This document shows positions 8,381-15,924 of a DNA stretch of 15,924 nucleotides, piece after piece; within the stretch, counting starts at the first letter, position 1; every line of letters begins with the position of its first letter. The notes beneath the pieces are model-generated. The model did no database searches, was not told where the DNA came from, and worked only from the letters and a program-made list of their open reading frames with translations. Source of the stretch: Methanobacterium sp. (lineage in GTDB: Archaea; Methanobacteriota; Methanobacteria; Methanobacteriales; Methanobacteriaceae); assembly GCA_003166335.1 (NCBI GenBank), contig PMWA01000098.1, positions 1 through 15,924 of the forward strand, given 5' to 3'. A program made the position numbers and the translations under genes.

Positions 8381-9115
8381 TTATATGCCAAGAGAGCTTC
8401 TAACCCAATCTACAAATATATTAATCCATTTAAAAGCATTATTAATAATATAATTTAAATTGATCTGAGAACTAGTCTGATTAAAGTTACCAATTTCAGA
8501 TGAACTAATATTAAAACTAGTAATCAAATTATTCTTAGCAGTTGAAATATCCTGATTCAATTGTGAGTATGAGATTTGTTGTTTTTGAACTAATGAAGAA
8601 GCTTCTCCAGAATTAACATTCACATTATCCCTAGTTACCAGAATCCATATTTCCAGTTGAGTTTGAGTAGCATTTTGAATATTATTAGGATTAGAATTCG
8701 CTATAAGTGTTTTAACCTGTGAAGAAGCTTGACTTGATGGTATAAGATTGGAACCTGGAACAGCACTTTGATTTGGCTCGAAACAATAAGCTTTCACACT
8801 TTCACTGGAATTCTGTTCTACAACCTCATCATCAGCAACCACCAAATTTTGAGAGATATTACTAGTTAATATTTGACCACTTTCAATCATCACCGGTTTT
8901 TTACCATTATTTTTCAATATAATGATATGTGGAATAGTTCCCGGCGGAGTACTCTGAATTATCTGCACATTACCCTCCTGATAACCTTGACTTAATGAAT
9001 TGGTTTCAAATGACACATAACTAATTAGAATACTAACTAAAAGGAATAATATCACCACAAATACTAACAGAATAACTCTAAGATTCATAGAGGATCTCAA
9101 TTTTCTTTTATTCAC
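8381..9115 (-). CDS. Membrane-anchored Ser/Asn/Gln-rich hypothetical surface protein (ARPP-1/thioester-domain-like motifs); start GTG 9115 or ATG 9088
   Basis: Single N-terminal hydrophobic helix after basic residues; single Cys in AYCFEP; downstream TQLEIW; several N-x-S/T sequons. Confidence 0.75.
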   Translation of the reverse strand: MNKRKLRSSMNLRVILLVFVVILFLLVSILISYVSFETNSLSQGYQEGNVQIIQSTPPGTIPHIIILKNNGKKPVMIESGQILTSNISQNLVVADDEVVEQNSSESVKAYCFEPNQSAVPGSNLIPSSQASSQVKTLIANSNPNNIQNATQTQLEIWILVTRDNVNVNSGEASSLVQKQQISYSQLNQDISTAKNNLITSFNISSSEIGNFNQTSSQINLNYIINNAFKWINIFVDWVRSSLGI

Positions 9116-9166
9116 TAAAAAAAAGGTAGATTCCTTTAATTAAAATCTATCTTTTTATGAAAATAT

Positions 9167-10579
9167 TTAATAGGATCTTGCGAGCAGTGTAACATGTTTT
9201 GCAGGTTTCTCGCAGTTTATACATTTCTTTTCTCCTAAACCGTCTTTTTGTACTCCTAATATATCTACTCGTATTTTTTCTTCTAAATCAGTTCCACAAG
9301 AATCCTCCCCACACCAGTTAAAGGATATAATGCCCTTTTTATCGGTGATTATTTCAGCAGCTTCTTCTAAACTAGCAACAGGTCTTATATTTTCATTTAA
9401 AAATTTCCAGGATTTCTCACTCATTTCATGATTTACATCATGAAGTATTCTTTGTATATCATCAATAAAACTTTCTGGATAGTAATCCATAATTTCCTTT
9501 TTTAGATTATTTCTGTGCACTATTACAATTTTATTATCTTTTATGTCTCGAGGCCCAACTTCTATTCTAATAGGTACACCTCTCATCTCCCATTCATAGA
9601 ATTTCTTCCCAGCTCTAATATCTCGATCATCAAGATGAACTCTTAAATCACCTTTATTTTTGAGAATTTCTTTTATTTCCTTGCAGAATTTTAATACTTC
9701 TTCTCCTCCTTTCTTAAAGATGATGGGAACTATGACTATTTGGTAAGGGGATACTGCTGGTGGAATGCACAATCCCTTTTCATCCCCATGCACACCTAAA
9801 ATAGATGCTATGACTCTATCTGAAAGTCCGTAACAAGTTTGATAAACATATTCATGTTCTCCAGACTCTGTTTCATAAGTAATATCAAAGGTTCTGGCAA
9901 AAGTCTGACCCAGATTATGCACGGTACCGATTTGTAAAGTTTTACCATCATTTAGAAGAGTGTCGAATGCAACCGTGTAATCTGCTCCAGGGAATTTATC
10001 CCATTCTGGACGAGTAGTTATCACGTAGGGTATACCCAGGGCGTCAAAGAACATTTTATAAATTTCAACAGCTCTATTAACCTGATTCTCCGTATCTTCT
10101 TTGTTAATGTGGATGGTGTGGGCTTCTGTAAAAGTGGTGATTTCTCTCACTCTAATCAATGGTCTGGTATGCTTAGTTTCATAACGGAAAGTGTTAACGA
10201 CCTGATAAAATTTCATAGGTAAATCAGAATGAGATCTAACCCATAATGAAAACATGGGATACATAGCAGTTTCACTAGTAGGTCTTAAAGCCAATTTTTT
10301 ATTGAGTTTAGTAAGTCCTCCATGAGTAATCCAGTAAACTTCATCTTCGAATCCTTTAACATGTATTGCTTCTTTAGCCAATTCATCTTCTGGTATAAGG
10401 AGTGGGAAGAGTACTTCCTCATGATCCTCATCTAATATATCCCTCAAAATATTCAGGGTGTGTTTTCTTATTTTGAATCCTTGGGGAAGCCATACATGCA
10501 TACCCTTTATAGGATATCGCATATCAATTATCTCTGCCTCTTCTAGAATATCATGGAACCATTCACTGAAATCTGTCAT
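9167..10579 (-). CDS. proS: Proline--tRNA ligase, archaeal/eukaryotic type
   Basis: [36 protein letters not shown]-terminal Cys-containing Zn domain ending ARSY; SD GGTGA (10586-10590). Confidence 0.98.
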   Translation of the reverse strand: MTDFSEWFHDILEEAEIIDMRYPIKGMHVWLPQGFKIRKHTLNILRDILDEDHEEVLFPLLIPEDELAKEAIHVKGFEDEVYWITHGGLTKLNKKLALRPTSETAMYPMFSLWVRSHSDLPMKFYQVVNTFRYETKHTRPLIRVREITTFTEAHTIHINKEDTENQVNRAVEIYKMFFDALGIPYVITTRPEWDKFPGADYTVAFDTLLNDGKTLQIGTVHNLGQTFARTFDITYETESGEHEYVYQTCYGLSDRVIASILGVHGDEKGLCIPPAVSPYQIVIVPIIFKKGGEEVLKFCKEIKEILKNKGDLRVHLDDRDIRAGKKFYEWEMRGVPIRIEVGPRDIKDNKIVIVHRNNLKKEIMDYYPESFIDDIQRILHDVNHEMSEKSWKFLNENIRPVASLEEAAEIITDKKGIISFNWCGEDSCGTDLEEKIRVDILGVQKDGLGEKKCINCEKPAKHVTLLARSY

Positions 10580-10912
10580 AATTCATCACCTTGAAAAACA
10601 TTACTTTTATAAATTTAATAAATTAAATTAAAATTTAACATTAAATTTCTAATGTAAAACTCCCATTAAATTTTATCTTGTTTAATTTTTTTTATATAAG
10701 AGTATCATGAGGATATTTGTCTAAATTAATCTATAAACTATTTCAATTTTTTGAATAAATAAATTTTGATGAGTAAAAACAATATAATAATTGTTAAAAA
10801 ATACTTTTGGAACTATCCATTTATTAATGTTGACTAAACTATTCTTAGTTAAAAATCAAAAAATTATTTAATTCAGTACATTTCTAATGATCTAATTAAG
10901 AGATGAAATAAA

Positions 10913-11956
10913 ATGGACTTTAGAAAGATTCAACTACCAAGAGAAATTCACACCGGCCCGGGAATAATAAATCAAACCGGCACTATTTGTCATGAGTTAA
11001 GATTCAAAGGCAAAGTTTTAGTAGTCACCGGTTCTAATACCTTGAAAATAGGTGGAGAAGCAGCATTAAATAGTCTTCAAAATCACGGTTTTGAAGTAGA
11101 AAGTATAATTATCAATAATGCTTCAACAGACTCTGTTTCAGATGTTCAAGATGCTATTAAGAATAGTTGCCTGGTTCTAGGAGTAGGTGGGGGAAAAGTT
11201 ATTGATGTAGCTAAACTGGCATCCACCCAGTCGGGTGTAAACTTCATTAGCGTGCCCACTGCAGCATCACATGATGGAATAGCCTCTCCACGGGTTTCTA
11301 TAAAAGATGGCGGTGGCAGTGTTTCACTACCAGCTGAATCACCTATAGGAGTTATAGCTGACACTAAAATTATTAGCAGAGCACCCTTCCGATTACTAGC
11401 AGCCGGATTTGGTGATGTAGTATCCAATCATACAGCAATTCTAGACTGGAAATTAGCATATCGCCTCTTAAATGAAGACTTCAGTGACTCAGCTGCTGCA
11501 TTATCTTTGATGACTGCGAAAATGACTATGAAATCTGCAGATGCTATAAAAGAAGGGCTTATAGAAAGTTCAGAGTTAGTAGTTAAAGCTTTAATTAGCA
11601 GTGGCATGGCTATAAGCATAGCCGGAACCAGCAGACCAGCTAGTGGTTCTGAACATAAATTCAGTCACGCGCTTGATAAGGTGGCTCCAAAACCGGCTTT
11701 GCACGGTGAACAATGCGGTTTAGGTACCATAATGATGATGTATCTACATGGAGGAGATTGGAAATACATTAGAGAAACTTTGAAGACTGTAAAAGCACCT
11801 ACTACCGCCTATGAATTGGGAATTGACCCAGAATATATTATAAAAGCGCTTACAATAGCCCATACCATCCGTAAGGAAAGATATACTATATTAGGTGATA
11901 GAGGACTTACTAAGCAGTCTGCGGAAAAGTTAGCCACCACCACCGGCGTGATTTAA
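10913..11956 (+). CDS. egsA: sn-glycerol-1-phosphate dehydrogenase (archaeal lipid backbone)
   Basis: [45 protein letters not shown]. Confidence 0.97.
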   Translation: MDFRKIQLPREIHTGPGIINQTGTICHELRFKGKVLVVTGSNTLKIGGEAALNSLQNHGFEVESIIINNASTDSVSDVQDAIKNSCLVLGVGGGKVIDVAKLASTQSGVNFISVPTAASHDGIASPRVSIKDGGGSVSLPAESPIGVIADTKIISRAPFRLLAAGFGDVVSNHTAILDWKLAYRLLNEDFSDSAAALSLMTAKMTMKSADAIKEGLIESSELVVKALISSGMAISIAGTSRPASGSEHKFSHALDKVAPKPALHGEQCGLGTIMMMYLHGGDWKYIRETLKTVKAPTTAYELGIDPEYIIKALTIAHTIRKERYTILGDRGLTKQSAEKLATTTGVI

Positions 11957-12377
11957 ATGAATAAAATAGTAACTATAAATGATTAAATATATTATTAAGT
12001 AGAAATGATGAGTAAAAAATAGTTTTTAACTTTTAATTTTAGTTTTCTAACGGTTATTCGAAAATTTTATTTTTATTTGTTTTCATTTAAATAATGATAT
12101 TTACAATAAATACAAACTTTATTTTATTTATTAATCTCTTTTAACATCACAATATCTTTTTTTTATAAACATAATATAAAAAAAAACTAAAAAAAATTTA
12201 TCTTAAATATTTGCAAATAGTGTAAAAAAATTTCATCATATATAATAAGAAATTAATACATAGTACATTATAATTATAAAAAGAAATTTTAAAAATTTAA
12301 TACAAAAAATTTTATTCATTATAAAAACTAAGTTTTTTTATTTGATATAATTCAAGCACTTAAGAAGGTTTATACAA

Positions 12378-12809
12378 ATGATTACACTAATTGGAACTAG
12401 TTTAGCAGTGGAAGGACTTGAATTTATACATCAAGGTTCATCTTCACAGTGTGAAAATTGCAGATTCAAAAATACTTGCATAGACAACCTAGAAGAAGAT
12501 AGAATATACGTTATAACCGAAGTTAAGGATACTCAACACCCCTGCCCAATCCATGAAGGGGGTAAAGTTAGAGTAGTTAATGTTGAACGAGCCGATGTTG
12601 AAGTTTTAATTGATTGTAAACGGGCTTTTGAGGGATCTAATGTTATATTCAAACCTAATGAATGTGATTTAGATTGCAGTATAAAGGACCAGTGTTTTCC
12701 TGAGGGTCTACATAAAGAAGATCGATGCAAAATCATAAAAAACATGGGTAAACCTGCATTTAAGTGTCCCAAAGGATTGAATCTGTGTTTAGTCCGTTTA
12801 AAATTTTAA
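12378..12809 (+). CDS. UPF0179 family Cys-rich archaeal protein
   Basis: MITLIGxxLAxxGxEF start, CxxCRFxxxC, HxCPIHEGG, further C-terminal Cys residues. Confidence 0.88.
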   Translation: MITLIGTSLAVEGLEFIHQGSSSQCENCRFKNTCIDNLEEDRIYVITEVKDTQHPCPIHEGGKVRVVNVERADVEVLIDCKRAFEGSNVIFKPNECDLDCSIKDQCFPEGLHKEDRCKIIKNMGKPAFKCPKGLNLCLVRLKF

Positions 12810-12877
12810 GAAATATTCTAAAAAATTAAATTTTAAAATTAACTATTAAAAAAAAAATGTAGAGGGTTCCATAATAC

Positions 12878-13552
12878 ATGAATCTTAAGAAAATAGTAGG
12901 TTATGAAGCTGTGGAATGGGTAAAAGATGGATATGTAATTGGATTAGGAACAGGATCTACTACTCACTATTTCATAGAAAAGCTGGCAGAGAAGATAAAA
13001 AATGAAGAATTAGAAGTTCTAGGGATACCTACATCTTATCAATCTTTTTTCCTAGCCAGTGATTCAGGAATTCCCTTAACTACCCTAGAAGAACATGATG
13101 TAGATTTAGCCGTGGATGGAGCCGATGAAGTGGATCCGCTTTTTAATCTTATTAAGGGTGGAGGTGCAGCACACACAATGGAAAAGATTATTGACCAATC
13201 AGCTGATAAATTTATAGTAATTGTAGATGATTCCAAGATGGTTGATGTACTTGGAAAATTCCCCATACCTGTTGAAGTAATTCCCCCCGCATTAAGGATT
13301 GTAAAGGAACAACTAATGAATATGGGTGGCCAGCCTGATTTAAGGATGGCTGAACGAAAAGATGGACCCGTAATCAGCGATAATGGTAATTTTATTGTAG
13401 ATGTTAAATTTGATGGTATAAGTGAGCCCGGAAAACTTGAAGTAATGCTGAATTCTATACCGGGAGTGGTTGAAAATGGTGTATTTGCCGGTTTAGCTGA
13501 TGAAGTTCTGGTAGCCACTACACATGGATTAAATATTTTAAAAAGAGTTTAA
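12878..13552 (+). CDS. rpiA: Ribose-5-phosphate isomerase A
   Basis: GLGTGST, DGADEVD, IKGGGAA, SDNGN, PGVVENG. Confidence 0.98.
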   Translation: MNLKKIVGYEAVEWVKDGYVIGLGTGSTTHYFIEKLAEKIKNEELEVLGIPTSYQSFFLASDSGIPLTTLEEHDVDLAVDGADEVDPLFNLIKGGGAAHTMEKIIDQSADKFIVIVDDSKMVDVLGKFPIPVEVIPPALRIVKEQLMNMGGQPDLRMAERKDGPVISDNGNFIVDVKFDGISEPGKLEVMLNSIPGVVENGVFAGLADEVLVATTHGLNILKRV

Positions 13553-13737
13553 AAATTTTTTTTATTTAAAATAATTTATTATCAATTCCCTAAATTTTAT
13601 TAAATTCATTTTTTTAAAATATATTATTTCTTTAGCCCGTATAAGTTTCATCCATTAGATAAGTAAGATTTATATTGTCTTTAAACAAATAATAAGTATA
13701 GGGTCTGTTTTTAACAAATCTAAGGGGTGGTTTTATC

Positions 13738-14274
13738 ATGGTTGAAGAAAGAAATATGATGTTAGGAGTTTTAGCAATAATACTCGGTATTTTAGTTATA
13801 GCATTTCCTTTAATCAGTATTTTCACAGCTAGTGTTCTAGCAGGATTAGGAATCTTATTTTTAGGTATTTGGCTTTTTGTTAAAAGCTTTGATTCATGGA
13901 CTACCAGTAAAGGCATAAGTATTGCTCAGTTAATACTAGGTATTCTTGCTATAATAGTTGGAATTGGCTTATTTGGACATATACTTCTCTTTAGTGCTTT
14001 AGTGAGTTTCTGGTTATATTTAGCAGGATTTTTCTTGTTAATATCTGGAATATTCAGTCTTTTCGGTGCAAGCACTGCCAACAAAGGTGCGGGTGGTTTA
14101 GGAATTATACTCGGTATTCTGTACATTATATTGGCATTTTATGCTTTTAATCCATTCTACCTAGCTTTATTAATAGGTTTATGGTTAATAATTGATGGTA
14201 TAGCTCTTTTCTTTGTTAATCCATCAGATTTAATGCCAAAAGTAGGAATGCCGGAAACAGAAGAAAAAAAATAA
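13738..14274 (+). CDS. HdeD/DUF308-family membrane protein
   Basis: About six Gly-rich hydrophobic helices with repeated GILxIIxG and GxxLxxxGI patterns; SD GGGGTGG. Confidence 0.8.
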   Translation: MVEERNMMLGVLAIILGILVIAFPLISIFTASVLAGLGILFLGIWLFVKSFDSWTTSKGISIAQLILGILAIIVGIGLFGHILLFSALVSFWLYLAGFFLLISGIFSLFGASTANKGAGGLGIILGILYIILAFYAFNPFYLALLIGLWLIIDGIALFFVNPSDLMPKVGMPETEEKK

Positions 14275-14487
14275 TATATTTAAATATAAAAAAAGACAGG
14301 CCCCTATACATTTTTTTTCCCATATTCCGTTCAAATAAATATAAATATTCATCAAAAACTTATAAAAACTAGATTTAGTTCTAAGCTACTTTTTTTTTAA
14401 AACAAATATTCTTCATACTCAAAAAAAATTTTTTAGATTAAAACAGATAAAAATTTATTACTTTACTCTAAAATTATAAATAGAATT

Positions 14488-15339
14488 ATGAAGATCGCGA
14501 CAAATAGGCTTGGTATCGGCTGGCAGGCTATAATTATTTTTTTAATAATATTAGATGCTATAGTTCTTGCTTTATCCTTAATAGCTAATTTAAGACCAAT
14601 TACTATGGAATATATTAGTGTATTTGACTTGATAGTTTCCATAATTCTATTAATCGGATTTTTATTGGTAATGAGTCGCACTAAAGAAAAATCAATTTAC
14701 ATCAAAAATAACTGGTACTTAATCATAGTTTTCATTCCCCTATATTATATAGCCTCAACTGCAGGTTTACCCAGCACTTTAATTATACTTAAAATATTAG
14801 TCATAATAAAAATTTTAGGATTATATTTATTCGCGCAAAAATTTGCTAAACAAGTTATAAAATATCAGGAACAGACCAGACTAGTTTATGCTCTGGCATT
14901 TTTCCTTACAGTACTATTTTTATGTTCTTTCATATTTTATAGAGTGGAACATGGTATTAATCCTGAAGTAGCTACTTATGAAGATTCATTATGGTTTATT
15001 TTACAGACCATCACAACAGTAGGTTATGGGGATATTATCCCTGTTACGGGAATAGGACGATTAATGGGAGTAATTTCCATGTTCAGTGCCTTATTCCTCA
15101 CCAGTATTATAACTTCCGCTGCAACATTCTCTTTAATACAAAAATATAGAACTAAAACTGAAAGTGTAGCTAAAAGAACCAGAGAATCTGTAGAAATCAT
15201 GAATAGTAAATTGGATGGTATAAATAATAGTTTAGGTGTACTGGATAGTTCTGATGATATAAAAGATATTAAAAATAATATAAATGAGTTGAAATCAGAA
15301 ATAGAAGATTTGAAAGATTTAATCAAAGAAAAAAAGTAG
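14488..15339 (+). CDS. Six-TM potassium channel with C-terminal coiled coil
   Basis: Pore helix and filter DSLWFILQTITTVGYGD; four N-terminal hydrophobic segments; heptad-like tail IKDIKNNINELKSEIEDLKDLI. Confidence 0.93.
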   Translation: MKIATNRLGIGWQAIIIFLIILDAIVLALSLIANLRPITMEYISVFDLIVSIILLIGFLLVMSRTKEKSIYIKNNWYLIIVFIPLYYIASTAGLPSTLIILKILVIIKILGLYLFAQKFAKQVIKYQEQTRLVYALAFFLTVLFLCSFIFYRVEHGINPEVATYEDSLWFILQTITTVGYGDIIPVTGIGRLMGVISMFSALFLTSIITSAATFSLIQKYRTKTESVAKRTRESVEIMNSKLDGINNSLGVLDSSDDIKDIKNNINELKSEIEDLKDLIKEKK

Positions 15340-15405
15340 ACTCCAGAATAAAAAAAATAATTAAATTTCATACCTTTTTATCCTTTTGGGGGGATTGTTG
15401 ATAAA

Positions 15406-15713
15406 ATGTTTGAGAATATAAAGGAATAGCCTCAGGATTAGTCACTACAGCTAGAATGATGGGTAATGGTTTTGGTACAGCTTTACTAGCTAGTGCTGCT
15501 ATAGCATCCATTTTCCTGCATGGAGAGCCGAATACTACTCTGACTATTACACCCGCTTCATTTTCTGCAGGTTTACATACCGCATTCCTATTGGGAGCGG
15601 TGATTATGGTGGTGGCCCTTATTTTTATATCGTTAACCAAGAGAACTAGTAAACCCGAGAAAAATGAAGTGAAACCTCATGATAGTGGATTTGCAAGTTT
15701 CCATCATGAATAG
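15406..15713 (+). pseudogene. C-terminal remnant of a DHA2 (EmrB/QacA-like) MFS transporter
   Basis: Frame open from 15414: EYKGIASGLVTTARMMGNGFGTA...FSAGLHTAFLLGAVIMVVALIFISL, matching the last helices of 14-TM MFS exporters. In-frame TGA at 15411 and no room upstream for the remainder of the gene. Confidence 0.8.
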
Positions 15714-15752
15714 AGTTAAATTGAAATAAAAAAATTACCAATTAAAAAAATT

Positions 15753-15924
15753 ATGATTCCTGAATTTTTTTATATCCTGATTCTAGTGTTAACCGGTATT
15801 GGTGTAGGTTTCACCACGGGTCTTTTAGGTGTAGGCGGTGGTTTCATACTAGTGCCTATATTATTCATTCTTTTAGAGTCTATAGGTGTGGAATCCACCT
15901 TAGCTATTAGAATGGCTTTCGGAA
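15753..15924 (+). CDS. TauE/SafE (TSUP) family exporter, 3' truncated by window
   Basis: Hand translation: MIPEFFYILILVLTGIGVGFTTGLLGVGGGFILVPILFILLESIGVESTLAIRMAFG...; GLLGVGGG-x3-VP motif. Confidence 0.9.
   Translation, partial: MIPEFFYILILVLTGIGVGFTTGLLGVGGGFILVPILFILLESIGVESTLAIRMAFG

Noticed and set aside
12005..12070. Possible C/D-box sRNA or hammerhead ribozyme at ATGATGAG
   Set aside because: No downstream CTGA box D, no CTGATGAG core and no pairing stems in this nearly G/C-free region.
15411..15413. In-frame TGA before the MFS fragment as selenocysteine or read-through
   Set aside because: The upstream sequence is not transporter-like and runs into the K+ channel gene within about 70 nt; truncation explains it better.
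659..15640. Other overlapping or antisense ORFs in the track (659, 2783, 3115, 3729, 5395, 5721, 8151, 11146, 11428, 12533, 13039, 13632, 13926, 14463, 15024, 15368)
   Set aside because: They lie opposite well-supported genes or their promoters and show no family motifs.

Overview
AT-rich archaeal chromosomal window, most consistent with a Methanobacteriales methanogen such as Methanobacterium (egsA, cofC, archaeal-type ProRS, GGAGGTGA/GGTGA ribosome-binding sites, oligo-T terminators). The left part is a + strand stress/iron cluster: the tail of an ABC ATPase, a universal stress protein, three tandem rubredoxins missed by the ORF track, ferritin, peroxiredoxin and superoxide dismutase. A PaaK-family ligase and an ACT-domain gene follow. 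The middle is a - strand run (proS, membrane-anchored hypothetical, cofC, thiD, zinc-ribbon/SHOCT protein) divergent from egsA, UPF0179 and rpiA. The right end has a HdeD/DUF308 protein, a 6-TM K+ channel, a remnant of an MFS transporter and the start of a TauE/SafE exporter. I see no mobile element, CRISPR array, tRNA or rRNA. The most interesting signals are: the electrostatically diversified rubredoxin triplet beside ferritin; a possible ATA-initiated N-terminal extension of the peroxiredoxin; operator-like palindromes upstream of prx-sod; an arginine-free voltage-sensor domain; a surface protein with thioester-domain-like motifs; and an apparent deletion scar in the MFS gene. Overall this is mostly core genome, and none of these proves a novel system.
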